Below, one piece after another: positions 29,789 to 39,313 of a stretch of 64,000 nt of DNA. A program made the position numbers and the translations under genes. This DNA comes from an uncultured Candidatus Saccharibacteria bacterium (GTDB lineage Bacteria > Patescibacteriota > Doudnabacteria > UBA920): the NCBI GenBank assembly GCA_964631145.1, contig CAZVXT010000001.1, forward strand, positions 191,151 to 255,150, read 5' to 3'. The notes under the pieces were generated by a model. The model did no database searches and was not told the origin of the DNA. It was given only the letters and a program-made list of their open reading frames with translations. Positions within the stretch are counted from its first letter, which is position 1. Each line of letters begins with the position of its first letter.

Positions 29789-32083
29789 GGTTTGCTTTTT
29801 AGCAACCTTCTTTTTTACGGCGGTTTTTTCTTTTGCTTTTTCAGCTGCACGCTCTTCTTTAGTTTTTGGAGGATTGTCTTTCCATTGCTGATAAAGTTCT
29901 TTCACTTGCGCTTCTGTTTCTGGTTTGATATTTAATATCAAATTACAATCCGGCCATCGTGTACAGGCATAAAAAGGTTTGCCACGTCCGCGTCCTTTCT
30001 TTTCTACCAAATCCCCAGGTTTATTTTGACGCTCTGGAGTTTCTAGGCAGAGAGGGCACTTAAAACCGGTTTTATTATAGATTTTAGAAATGCCTTTACA
30101 ATCTGGGTATCTACTACAACCTAAGAAAAATCCAAAACGTCCTCTTCTAACTGTCATTGGACTATCGCATATTGGGCATTTTTCGTCTTTGGTTTTTTCT
30201 TCTAAAGCTTTTATCTGCGCTTCTTCTTCTGGTATTGGTTTGGTGACCTTGCTACCTTCTTCTGGACAGGCTAAGAATTTTCCCATGCGGCCGTACTTGA
30301 TTAACATCATTTTTCCGCAATGAGGACAAGGGATAGTAGAGGTTTCAATCTGTTTTTCTACAGTAGCTTCTTTCTCTTTTAAGTGTTCTTTGAATGGAGT
30401 GTAGAAGTTTTGTATTACAGGAACCCACTTTAATTTTCCTTCAGCAATATCATCTAGTTCTTCTTCTACTTTTGAAGTAAAGTTGATATCAACAATTTCT
30501 GGAAAATTTTCGACTAACATATCAGTTACTAAAAACCCTTCATCAGTAGGTTTGTATTTTTTATCTTCTTTGGTAACGTAGCCTCTGTCTTGGATGGTTG
30601 TTAAGGTTGGGGCGTAGGTGGAAGGGCGTCCTACCCCATGAGCTTCTAAAGCCTTAACTAAGCTTGCATCTGTGTAACGAGCTGGTGGTTCTGTAAAATG
30701 TTGAAGAGGTTTTAATTCTTTTAGATTTAAAATTTCTTGTTCAGTAAGTTCTGGTAATACGCCTTCGATTTCATCTTCTGGAGTTTCGTCTGTTCCTTCT
30801 GTGTAAGCTTTTATGAAACCAGCAAATTTTATAACTTGTCCGGTAGCTCTAAAAGTATACTTAGATGCAGAAATATCGACAGCGGTTTGATCAAAAACAG
30901 CTTGCGCCATTTGGCTTGCAAGGGTGCGTTTCCAAATTAGATCATATAATCTTCCCGCGTTACGATCTGTTTTGCTTTTAAAGTTTTGAGGAAGTAAAGA
31001 TAGGTCAGTAGGGCGAATGGCTTCGTGTGCTTCTTGCGCACCTTTGCTACGGTTTGCAAAATGGCGAGGTTCTTTAAGCCCATAGTTAGCGCCAAACTCT
31101 TGAGTAATAACTGATTGTGCTTGTGATAAAGCAGATGCGGCCAAATTTAAGCTGTCTGTACGCATATAGGTAATAAATCCGTGCTCGTACAAATTTTGTG
31201 CAACCATCATGGTTTGTTTAGCGCTAAAACCAAGTTTACGAGCTGCTTCTTGTTGTAAAGTAGAAGTGGTGAAAGGAGGGGATGGGTTACGCTTTACTTC
31301 TTTTTTGGTAATCTCTAAAACTTTATATTGCGCATCTTTAAGATTATCAACTATATTACCAGCTTCATCTTTATTGGTAATGCCCATTTTGCCTACAGCT
31401 TTGCCATCAATTTTAGAAAGCTTAGCAGTAAAAATATGGTTTTTATTTTCATTTACTTTTGCTAAATCTGCTTCAATACTCCAATACTCTTCAGATTTAA
31501 AGTCTTGGATTTCGCGTTCTCGTTCTACTACAAGTCTTACTGCAACAGATTGAACGCGTCCAGCAGAAAGTCCATATCTAATTTTACGCCATAAAAATGG
31601 AGAGAGTTCGTATCCTACCAAACGGTCTAAAACTCGACGTGCTTGTTGTGCATCAACTAAATTCAAGTCTATATCACGTGGATTTTGTAATGCATGTTCA
31701 ATTGCGGTTTTTGTAATCTCATGAAAGACAATGCGTTTAATACGCTTGTCTTCTTTACCTTTTTGAATATCTGCTTCATCACCCAGTCCTAGTGCTTGAA
31801 CCAAATGCCAAGATATAGCTTCACCTTCTCGGTCTTCATCAGTTGCGAGTATTATAGAGGAGGCATTTCTAGACATATCTTTTAGCTTCGCTATAACTTC
31901 TTTTGCTTTTGGGGCAATGGTATATTTTGGCTCAAAACCATGCTCTATATCTATAGACATTTTGCTTTTTGGCAAATCTCGGACATGTCCAAAACTAGCT
32001 TCTACCAAAAAATCACTTCCTAAAAATTTGGAAATGGTTTTGGCTTTTGTTGGGGACTCTACTATAATTAGTTGCTTTTTCAT
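29768..32083 (-). CDS. topA: DNA topoisomerase I
   Basis: Toprim N-terminus (LIIVESPTKAKTI), catalytic Tyr region, and C-terminal Cys4 zinc ribbons (CPHCG..., CPICD..., CPLC...); 771 aa. Confidence 0.95.
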   Translation of the reverse strand: MKKQLIIVESPTKAKTISKFLGSDFLVEASFGHVRDLPKSKMSIDIEHGFEPKYTIAPKAKEVIAKLKDMSRNASSIILATDEDREGEAISWHLVQALGLGDEADIQKGKEDKRIKRIVFHEITKTAIEHALQNPRDIDLNLVDAQQARRVLDRLVGYELSPFLWRKIRYGLSAGRVQSVAVRLVVEREREIQDFKSEEYWSIEADLAKVNENKNHIFTAKLSKIDGKAVGKMGITNKDEAGNIVDNLKDAQYKVLEITKKEVKRNPSPPFTTSTLQQEAARKLGFSAKQTMMVAQNLYEHGFITYMRTDSLNLAASALSQAQSVITQEFGANYGLKEPRHFANRSKGAQEAHEAIRPTDLSLLPQNFKSKTDRNAGRLYDLIWKRTLASQMAQAVFDQTAVDISASKYTFRATGQVIKFAGFIKAYTEGTDETPEDEIEGVLPELTEQEILNLKELKPLQHFTEPPARYTDASLVKALEAHGVGRPSTYAPTLTTIQDRGYVTKEDKKYKPTDEGFLVTDMLVENFPEIVDINFTSKVEEELDDIAEGKLKWVPVIQNFYTPFKEHLKEKEATVEKQIETSTIPCPHCGKMMLIKYGRMGKFLACPEEGSKVTKPIPEEEAQIKALEEKTKDEKCPICDSPMTVRRGRFGFFLGCSRYPDCKGISKIYNKTGFKCPLCLETPERQNKPGDLVEKKGRGRGKPFYACTRWPDCNLILNIKPETEAQVKELYQQWKDNPPKTKEERAAEKAKEKTAVKKKVAKKQTKKTEQV

Positions 32084-32211
32084 TAAAAGTTTTTAAGTAC
32101 AAATAGGATTTTAACTAAAGAGTACCATACTTGTCAAATATTTTAAAATATGCTATACTTCATTGTAAAATTAAAACATAAAAAAGTGCTATGGCACAAG
32201 GAGGAAATTGT

Positions 32212-32529
32212 ATGCAATTACAAAGACAGGCTGGAGAGCCATTAATAGATTTTATCGTGGATCAAAGCCTGGGGGATATGAAAAAAATTTCTGAAGCTTT
32301 GAATAAACCGGGTATGGTGGTGACATTCGTTAGTCATGAAGGTATGCAAAAATATCTTAATGCTAAAGAAGAATATAAATCTCGGGTTCCAAATCCAAGA
32401 TATAAATTAATTCAAGCTTTAATCACTGATCAACAGTCAAAGTTGTTGCCAACTTTTACAATGGACGAAGTTTTTAATAACTTCGATAAAATTCAGAGAT
32501 TTTCTAATTTCTTTCTAAAGATAAATTAG
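32212..32529 (+). CDS. Hypothetical protein
   Basis: AAGGAGG lies 7 nt before ATG 32212; the track start at 32191 precedes the SD. Confidence 0.4.
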   Translation: MQLQRQAGEPLIDFIVDQSLGDMKKISEALNKPGMVVTFVSHEGMQKYLNAKEEYKSRVPNPRYKLIQALITDQQSKLLPTFTMDEVFNNFDKIQRFSNFFLKIN

Positions 32530-32534
32530 AAACA

Positions 32535-32568
32535 CAAGCAAGGTCTACACAGCCTTGCTTTTTATATT
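32535..32568 (+). terminator. Rho-independent terminator
   Basis: CAAGCAAGG-tctacacag-CCTTGCTT followed by TTTAT. Confidence 0.6.
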
Positions 32569-32607
32569 TATCTCTGTTATTTTTATTGCGATTTGTAAGG
32601 AGGATGT

Positions 32608-32919
32608 ATGTTAATTTTTGGTTTAAGTTGGGATAAAATTAACTTAAATAATATAGCTGATGACTTAGCTTATTTATACCAAAACTTTATAGTCGAATGC
32701 GATCATTTTGAAGATTTTGTCGCGATTATAAATGAAAATGCTATTGGTTATGTTATTTCTAATTCTTGTCACAGCAATATTTTGACCAATGTCCCTGATA
32801 TTAATATTTTGGAATGCTTGGCATTAGAAATTTGTAATTTTTTTGAAGATAATTTTGATTTAAATTTAAGCCTAGAAAACTTTGGCTTAATATTTATCAA
32901 TACTGTGGAGGTAATATGA
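32608..32919 (+). CDS. Hypothetical acidic small protein
   Basis: TAAGGAGG SD; 103 aa; acidic, Phe-rich composition. Confidence 0.4.
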   Translation: MLIFGLSWDKINLNNIADDLAYLYQNFIVECDHFEDFVAIINENAIGYVISNSCHSNILTNVPDINILECLALEICNFFEDNFDLNLSLENFGLIFINTVEVI

Positions 32920-33191
32920 AGAAGTTTTTAAGAAAGTTTATGTTGCTCAAAAGTGACGAGCAGTTGGTCTGGGCGATAATTGCAGGTATGTTCCTAGTCT
33001 TGGCTAGCGCCGTATTTACTATTCCAATTATAATTTATTATTCTGCAGATGAGGTAACTCCTGAAAAATATCTAGCATTTAATCTTGCTTGGAAAGGCAT
33101 AATTGGATTTTGGCTAGTTTACGTAATTTTTTATGTAATATTAGGCATAATTGGGAAGCGGTATGGCAGAACTGAGGAAATTAATTGGTAA
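32916..33191 (+). CDS. Hypothetical small membrane protein
   Basis: ATGA overlap with the previous gene indicates translational coupling; two TM helices. Confidence 0.4.
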   Translation: MKKFLRKFMLLKSDEQLVWAIIAGMFLVLASAVFTIPIIIYYSADEVTPEKYLAFNLAWKGIIGFWLVYVIFYVILGIIGKRYGRTEEINW

Positions 33192-33196
33192 GCAAT

Positions 33197-33226
33197 AACG
33201 CAAGTTAACTAACTTGCGTTTTTATA
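33197..33226 (+). terminator. Rho-independent terminator
   Basis: AACGCAAGTT-aact-AACTTGCGTT followed by TTTAT. Confidence 0.65.
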
Positions 33227-33301
33227 TTAATTTGCGGTTATTTACAAATTATACTTATCTTGTTATTATTTAGTTTAAATCAAAAGGGAGGATTAATAAA
33301 A

Positions 33302-33763
33302 ATGTTTTTGGATCAAATTTTAAACGAGAAAAATGTGGACGTTAATGACAGTAGGGGTAGTGTTTATCCAGGAAAAATTGATAACTCAATTGCCTATATA
33401 ACGCCCTATGCTCATCGAAAATCGTCTGTATTACATAAACCTAGAGAAATAGAAACCTATTTTAGATTAATAAATAATGAAGATCGACCTTGGCGTATAT
33501 ACCGCGACGAACTGGAGTTTGAAACGAAGATATTAAAAACTTATGAAGGGGTAAATATTCATTACTCAATTAAAGATGGAACTGATGTGCTCATTGATTG
33601 TCTTCAAATTGACTTAGATGGCATAACTGTCTTGAAATTATCTGGTAACTATTTATCAGTTTATGTTCAAAATTTGAAAGAGCAATTAATAAATGAAAAA
33701 CTAACCTCGCAAGAACTTTTTACTGATATATTCAAGTTAACAATAGATAATCTATTTTATTAA
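33302..33763 (+). CDS. Hypothetical protein
   Basis: AGGGAGG lies 9 nt before ATG 33302; the track start at 33260 precedes the SD. Confidence 0.4.
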   Translation: MFLDQILNEKNVDVNDSRGSVYPGKIDNSIAYITPYAHRKSSVLHKPREIETYFRLINNEDRPWRIYRDELEFETKILKTYEGVNIHYSIKDGTDVLIDCLQIDLDGITVLKLSGNYLSVYVQNLKEQLINEKLTSQELFTDIFKLTIDNLFY

Positions 33764-33766
33764 CAT

Positions 33767-34930
33767 TTATGGTGTAATTACATTTGTAGTTGCACCAATT
33801 TTTTTAAATATAGATTGTTTTTCTGTTTCTGTCGCCATTCTTGGTTGTCCGTATTTTTCGATGATGATTGGCAAAAGTTCTATCTGCTTTAGACTTGATT
33901 TGTTTGGTGTCCCTTGTAGGTTATTGCCACACTGTCCCATAACATTTTCGCACCCTGTGTTGCTTACGTTAACTTTTAGAAGCAATCCTTCTTTTGTGTC
34001 TTGGCTCCATTCTTGATCAAATATAAAGTTGCCTAAAGAATAAAAAATATATTTGCCTTTGTATTGTTCAAAGGTTTGAATCCAATGGGGGTGTGCGCCA
34101 ATTACAATATCTGCTCCAGCGTCAATTGCAGTATGCGCGAAGGTGCTCTGGTCTTCATTGGGATTTCTGGTGTATTCTGTACCAGAATGCATGGTTACAA
34201 CAATAAAGTCAGATTTGGTTTTTAAGCTTTCAATCTGCTGTTTAAGTCTTTTTAAGTCATTGGTTCTGGCTACATAATTATTAGTTGTAGCTCCATTATC
34301 ATTAATAGATGAATATGACGCACCGATAAAGCCAATATTCATCCCTTTAATTTTATACACTTTAGCTTGCCATGCATCGTCAAGATTTTTACCGACTCCT
34401 ATATTGGTAATTTGATTATCATCTAATAATTTTTTGGTGTATAAAAGACCTTCTAGTCCTTGATCCATTGCATGGTTATTGGCTAGATTTAGCACTTTAA
34501 AATTATTTTTTAGCAAGCCTTCTAATGTCCATGTGGGCGCGTTAAATACTAGAGATTCTGTAGAATTAAAATTGTCAGTTCCAGAATACGGCGATTCTAA
34601 ATTAGCAAAATTAAAATCTGTACTGCTCAATAAAGATGTTAGGTTTTGAAACGGCCAATTTGCATCTTTGTTATTTTTTGAAATTTGTCCCGCAACGTTG
34701 CGTGATAACATGATGTCACCACCGGCAATAAAACTTACTTCTGCTATTTTATTTTGATCTGAATTTATTTTTTGACTATCTTCGTAGTAAGACTCTAAGC
34801 TGTCATTGCTTCTAGTACTTTGTTTGTTTATTGGCTGGTTGCTTGAATGCTTGTACCACCAAAAACCTAGCAAAGCTAAGATAATAAAAATTAAGCTTAG
34901 AACAATTTTTAAATGTTTTTTAATTCCCAT
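33767..34930 (-). CDS. CapA/PGA_cap family metallophosphatase-like protein (poly-gamma-glutamate capsule synthesis-type)
   Basis: N-terminal TM helix; motifs FIAGGDIMLSRNV, VVTMHSGTEY, GADIVIGAHPHW, typical of the CapA family. Confidence 0.7.
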   Translation of the reverse strand: MGIKKHLKIVLSLIFIILALLGFWWYKHSSNQPINKQSTRSNDSLESYYEDSQKINSDQNKIAEVSFIAGGDIMLSRNVAGQISKNNKDANWPFQNLTSLLSSTDFNFANLESPYSGTDNFNSTESLVFNAPTWTLEGLLKNNFKVLNLANNHAMDQGLEGLLYTKKLLDDNQITNIGVGKNLDDAWQAKVYKIKGMNIGFIGASYSSINDNGATTNNYVARTNDLKRLKQQIESLKTKSDFIVVTMHSGTEYTRNPNEDQSTFAHTAIDAGADIVIGAHPHWIQTFEQYKGKYIFYSLGNFIFDQEWSQDTKEGLLLKVNVSNTGCENVMGQCGNNLQGTPNKSSLKQIELLPIIIEKYGQPRMATETEKQSIFKKIGATTNVITP

Positions 34931-35256
34931 ACTATTATTCCATTTTCTTTAATTCTTTGATCGTACCCTGGATATGATAACCATCGGGCAATGGCTTCTT
35001 CTCTGGATGGGTTATCGGGCATAATATCTTTTACAGTAAAAGCTTCTAGTAGCTCGTTTAGATTGGCAAAGTCGTATCGTTGTTTTACGATTTTATCAAA
35101 AGATTCGTCTGAGCAATCAAAAGTGATGATATCGCCAAGCCCGATTTTATTATATTCTTCTGATCCAGCTCGGCTCTCAAATTTTTTGACTCCAGATTTT
35201 ATCCAATCAAAATTGTGTTTATCAGAAAGGTTAAAAGTTAATTTATAGTGGCTCAT
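34909..35256 (-). CDS. ASCH domain protein (PUA-like fold)
   Basis: Contains the ASCH signature GxKxxExR (SGVKKFESR); 115 aa. Confidence 0.55.
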   Translation of the reverse strand: MSHYKLTFNLSDKHNFDWIKSGVKKFESRAGSEEYNKIGLGDIITFDCSDESFDKIVKQRYDFANLNELLEAFTVKDIMPDNPSREEAIARWLSYPGYDQRIKENGIIVWELKNI

Positions 35257-36323
35257 ATTTTATAAAACTCATCTGTATTAGTTTTGCTAATTAGTCCTTT
35301 TAATTCTAAAAGAGATAAAGTAGCTAAAAGTTTTTTTATATCTTGGGTCTCTGGTTGCAACAAATATAAGATTTGTTCAATAGACGTGGGTGATTTGTGA
35401 ATAAATTTTAACACGTTTTGTTCTTGTTCGGTAATATCTATATTTTGGCTTTTATTAGAAGCAGTAGGCTTAATTTTAAAGTATGTAAGTAGCTGTGTGC
35501 TTGAATATAAAATATGAGCCCCTTCCGCAATTAAGTTATTTGGACCTATACTGTAAGGAGAAGTAATATTTCCAGGAATAGCAAAAACTTCTCGGTTGTT
35601 TTCTAAAGCCATTTGAGCTGTAATTAATGCTCCGCTTTTTTGCTTACACTCTACTACCACAACGGCATGGCTTAGCCCGGCGATAATTCTATTACGGGCT
35701 AGAAAATAGTGTTTTCGAGGCAGTTCTTTTGGTAGATATTCAGAAATTATAAGCCCGCCACTTTGAATTATTTTTTGAGCAAGTCCAAAATTATTTTTTG
35801 GATACAATGCTTCAATGTCAAAACCGCTTCCTAATACCGCAATGGTTGGGAGTTGTTTGCTTAGCGCTTCTTTATGAGCAAGGGTGTCTATGCCATAAGC
35901 TAAACCAGAAACAATAATACTGGAAAACTTTGGAAAATTATTTAAAATTAAATTAATTGCTTGATTGCCATAATCGCCATGCTTACGGCTCCCAATAATA
36001 GCTAAAGCAGGTAGGTTAGAGGTAAGAAGTTCTGTGTTGCCTAGACAAAACAGTAATAGAGGGGGATCGTGAATTTGAAAAAGTTGCTTAGGATAACTTG
36101 GATCAAAAATATTTATTAATTTAGGGTTAGATTTTTCAAGGCTCTGCAAAAAAACTTCATAATTCATAATCGTAGAAATATTAGCCGCTTGCTTGGGGTA
36201 AAATTGATAAAAATCCTTTTTGTAATCAGCGTTCTGATAAAAACTTTTGAGCTTTTGAAGCCAGTCGTCTTTGTACTTTAAACCAAGCTGGCTTAATGCC
36301 CATAAATAATAATTGAAGTTCAT
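35253..36323 (-). CDS. dprA: DNA processing protein DprA (Smf)
   Basis: Rossmann-like DprA core (IIGSRKHGDYG ... AGLSHAVVVVECKQKSGALITAQMALENNREVFAIPG) with a C-terminal wHTH-like tail. Confidence 0.85.
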   Translation of the reverse strand: MNFNYYLWALSQLGLKYKDDWLQKLKSFYQNADYKKDFYQFYPKQAANISTIMNYEVFLQSLEKSNPKLINIFDPSYPKQLFQIHDPPLLLFCLGNTELLTSNLPALAIIGSRKHGDYGNQAINLILNNFPKFSSIIVSGLAYGIDTLAHKEALSKQLPTIAVLGSGFDIEALYPKNNFGLAQKIIQSGGLIISEYLPKELPRKHYFLARNRIIAGLSHAVVVVECKQKSGALITAQMALENNREVFAIPGNITSPYSIGPNNLIAEGAHILYSSTQLLTYFKIKPTASNKSQNIDITEQEQNVLKFIHKSPTSIEQILYLLQPETQDIKKLLATLSLLELKGLISKTNTDEFYKI

Positions 36324-36379
36324 ATATAAATTTTAAGAACACGGGCTAAAATCCTAATAAAATCTTGGTTTTTATACTC

Positions 36380-36408
36380 TTGACAAAAAGCATTAATTGG
36401 TGTATACT
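36380..36408 (+). promoter_or_regulatory. Consensus sigma-70 promoter (TTGACA, 17 bp, TATACT)
   Basis: Perfect -35, 17-bp spacer and a 5/6 -10; drives the ~200-nt structured transcript below. Confidence 0.65.
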
Positions 36409-36414
36409 ATGTAA

Positions 36415-36620
36415 GTAAATTGAAATAACCGAACCTGTTGTCTTTGCCACCCTGCTTGCAAGTCGCGAATACATACATCATCCCTCCTATTGTATGTTTC
36501 TAGCGGTTAAGTAGAGATTATAAAGCGTATGCTTTTGGTCTCTCACTTGCGGGTGGGGTAGTGAAGATAAAACAAAACCGCTTTTATAATGCTACGCAAA
36601 ATAAATGCGGTTTTATTTTC
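36415..36620 (+). ncRNA. Candidate ~200-nt structured small RNA or cis-regulatory leader (identity unknown; possibly 6S-like or a riboswitch-like leader of the downstream orphan gene)
   Basis: Bounded by a consensus promoter and a terminator-like hairpin AAAACCGC-25 nt-GCGGTTTT plus a T-run (36584-36620). A long imperfect duplex pairs 36433-36463 with 36540-36580, and an internal hairpin ACATACA-tcatccctcctat-TGTATGT is present. No ORF longer than 10 codons. Confidence 0.3.
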
Positions 36621-36687
36621 ACCTAAATCCTAGTGTTATGCTGGGTGCTCCAAAAGGGCGAATACAAAATTTTACGGAGGTGTCGTT

Positions 36688-37149
36688 ATGGCAGAGAAAA
36701 GCGACAGTGTTAAAAATTTAGATAACTTATCTTATTTAAATGCATTAAGAAATCAATGGTTAGAAAATAATGGTCCTCATATGACTTTTAAGATTACCAA
36801 TGGACCGGACAAAAATAGTTTTGCACAGAATTATTTTTCATTATCTGATCCAAAAGTTCGCAAGCCGTATTTTCAAGCGGTCATGATGTTAAGCTATCTT
36901 GATGATAAGTCTAAGGCTCATTATTATCCTGGAGAATTTAAGTTTGAATTCCACAGTTTTTTTTCTGCAGATCCTAAAACAAACCCTGGGTTTATGTTAT
37001 GGGTTAAAGTTTTTTACCGTTCTTCTAATGATAAAAAATTTCAAGAATTTAAATTTCCTGGACAACCATATTACATTACTCAGGTAAAAATCTTCGGCAC
37101 CTACAATCTTCATAGTAAAGACGGAATGTGTGGAGTCGAAATAAGTTAA
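36688..37149 (+). CDS. Hypothetical protein
   Basis: ACGGAGGTG SD 6 nt before the ATG; 153 aa; no recognisable domain. Confidence 0.45.
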   Translation: MAEKSDSVKNLDNLSYLNALRNQWLENNGPHMTFKITNGPDKNSFAQNYFSLSDPKVRKPYFQAVMMLSYLDDKSKAHYYPGEFKFEFHSFFSADPKTNPGFMLWVKVFYRSSNDKKFQEFKFPGQPYYITQVKIFGTYNLHSKDGMCGVEIS

Positions 37150-37151
37150 AA

Positions 37152-37196
37152 TTAAAAACCGGAAGATAGAATTTTCTATCAACCGGTTTTATTTTT
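37152..37196. terminator. Bidirectional terminator between the hypothetical gene (+) and pth (-)
   Basis: AACCGGAAGATAGA-attt-TCTATCAACCGGTT flanked by A- and T-runs. Confidence 0.65.
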
Positions 37197-37746
37197 GTAT
37201 GAATTGATTTATAAGCTCCGAGATTTTAGGAAATTGCTCTGAAGTCAATTGTGTTAATTCGTCTTGGGTAAAATTTTTCAATACATATTCATCTGTTCTT
37301 GGGGCATGTCGAGGGTCTGACAACACCATATTTTTTCTATTTTCTATACCTACTCGTATCCTAGAAAATTTTTGAGTACCCAACTCTTCTATAATATTTT
37401 TTATACCATTATGTCCTGCAGAACCAGAGTTTATTGCTTCTTTGATTTTCCCAAAATCAATATCTATATCATCATGAATAACAAGGATATCATCTTTAGG
37501 ATTGAGCTTGTAAAAATTGCAGATATCTTTAACTGCTTCGCCAGACAAGTTCATAAAAGTTTGTGGCTTCACAAAAAAAACTTTTTGGCTTCCAAAATGT
37601 ATTTCACAAATCTGAGCTTTAAATTTTCCCTGGCAGGAAATTGCTGGCTTATCTTTTAGGTAATTATCTAATGCTAAAAAGCCAACATTGTGACGGGTCT
37701 GTTCGTATTGTTTGCCGGGGTTCCCTAACCCTATTACTAATTTCAT
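37189..37746 (-). CDS. pth: Peptidyl-tRNA hydrolase
   Basis: MKLVIGLGNPGKQYEQTRHNVGF N-terminal signature; 185 aa. Confidence 0.9.
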   Translation of the reverse strand: MKLVIGLGNPGKQYEQTRHNVGFLALDNYLKDKPAISCQGKFKAQICEIHFGSQKVFFVKPQTFMNLSGEAVKDICNFYKLNPKDDILVIHDDIDIDFGKIKEAINSGSAGHNGIKNIIEELGTQKFSRIRVGIENRKNMVLSDPRHAPRTDEYVLKNFTQDELTQLTSEQFPKISELINQFIQK

Positions 37747-37821
37747 ATTTTTTAGTATAGCAGAAAAGTCTAAATATCATCTATTGTTGAATATTTATGA
37801 GCTGTAAAAATATGATTAACA

Positions 37822-37900
37822 CTCATCTACTGTGCTACGCTTGCTAATTTTGCTTACGCAAAATACAAGCTGTGCACAGAGGATTCGTTTATAATAATAA
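37822..37900 (+). repeat. Copy A of an ~80-bp repeat element containing a long imperfect hairpin (CTGTGCTACGCTTGCTAATTTTGC-ttac-GCAAAATACAAGCTGTGCACAG)
   Basis: About 85% identical to the reverse complement of 61386-61469; lies in the pth 5' region between der and pth. Confidence 0.7.
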
Positions 37901-37954
37901 ATTTACAGCTTAGCTAAATTGTTAAAGCGTATTTAAATACTAAATTATGCAGTT

Positions 37955-37978
37955 AATTAAAAAACCGCAGAAGCGGTT
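37955..37978 (-). terminator. Rho-independent terminator after der
   Basis: AACCGC-agaa-GCGGTT, with the plus-strand A-run giving a U-run on the minus strand. Confidence 0.65.
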
Positions 37979-39313
37979 TTATTTTTTTGTTAAATGAAGT
38001 TTGATTGGCGTTCCCCAAAATCCTAGCTCTTTGATAATATTTTTTTGCAAATATTTTTTATATTGCTGAGAGATTGCAGCCGGATGATTAACTGTCAGTT
38101 GAAAAGTTGGGGGGGTAATATCGAGTTGCTCTAGTCCATAAACTTTTGGCACTTTTTGATCGCGTAAACGTTTTGGTCCATTTTTCTTAATTGTGTGATT
38201 CAGTAGTTGATCTAAATCTTCTTGACTAACTTTCTTTTGCCTAGCTTCTTCTATAGGTTTAATAGCGTTTAAGGCATCCATAATACCGTCGCCAGTTTTG
38301 GCAGAAACGAAGAATATTGGTGCAAACCATAAAAATGGAAAATGCAAAGACACATAATCTTTAAGCTGCTCTTCATCGCCTTCAAACTTATCCATTTTGT
38401 TAACCAAGATAATACATCCTTTACCTTGATCTAAAATTTCTCCTGCAACTACTTGGTCTTGTTTGGTAATAAGTTCTGCTGCATCAATCATAAGCATAAC
38501 CACTTCGCTGCGACGGATGGATTTGTATGTTTGGAAAACAGAAAATACATCAGGTTGTTTTTGACGATAAGATTTCTTTTTAAGTCCAGCGGTATCAATT
38601 AGGGTAATGTCTTCACCATTTATCTTCAGGTTAATATCTATAGAGGTTCTGGTTGTCCCGGGAATATCAGAAACAACCATTCTATCTTGCCCTAGAATAT
38701 TGTTAATCAGGCTTGATTTGCCTACATTGGGCTTTCCTATAATACTCACGCTAATTCCTTGTGGCTTTGTGTAAGCCTGACTAGGCTTAACCTTTTTAAC
38801 AGTACTTGCAAGTTCGTCCATTAGATCACCCATACCTCGCCCGGTAATAGCAGAAACTGGCCAAATTGATTTTATTCCTAGTTTGTTAAACTCTGCTGCA
38901 GAAGTTTCGAATCCTTTAGGGGAGTCAACTTTGTTGACTGCAAGAATTACTGGCTTTTTGGATTTTCTAAATTTTAGCAAAACCTTTCTATCAATTAGTC
39001 CAGGAGAGAGTTTGCTGTCAGCAACAAACAAAATGACATCAGCTTCTTCTAATGCGACATCTATTTGAAGGCTAAGTTCTTGTTCGAGTTCTTGTTGTCC
39101 GCCGTAAGTAAGTCCGGCTGTGTCAACCATGGTAAATTCTACACCGTTCCAAGTTGTATCTGTGTATTGTCGATCTCTTGTGGTTCCTGCAACAGCAGAA
39201 GTAATTGCTGTATGAAATCCAGCAATTTTGTTTACTAAGGTTGATTTACCCACATTTGGTTCACCTACAATTGCTACAATAGGTAAATTTTTATTATTAA
39301 GAGCTTTGGTCAT
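37979..39313 (-). CDS. der: Ribosome biogenesis GTPase Der (EngA)
   Basis: Two tandem GTPase domains (GEPNVGKSTLVN and GKPNVGKSSLIN; DTAG twice; NKVD/NKMD) plus a C-terminal KH-like domain. Confidence 0.9.
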   Translation of the reverse strand: MTKALNNKNLPIVAIVGEPNVGKSTLVNKIAGFHTAITSAVAGTTRDRQYTDTTWNGVEFTMVDTAGLTYGGQQELEQELSLQIDVALEEADVILFVADSKLSPGLIDRKVLLKFRKSKKPVILAVNKVDSPKGFETSAAEFNKLGIKSIWPVSAITGRGMGDLMDELASTVKKVKPSQAYTKPQGISVSIIGKPNVGKSSLINNILGQDRMVVSDIPGTTRTSIDINLKINGEDITLIDTAGLKKKSYRQKQPDVFSVFQTYKSIRRSEVVMLMIDAAELITKQDQVVAGEILDQGKGCIILVNKMDKFEGDEEQLKDYVSLHFPFLWFAPIFFVSAKTGDGIMDALNAIKPIEEARQKKVSQEDLDQLLNHTIKKNGPKRLRDQKVPKVYGLEQLDITPPTFQLTVNHPAAISQQYKKYLQKNIIKELGFWGTPIKLHLTKK

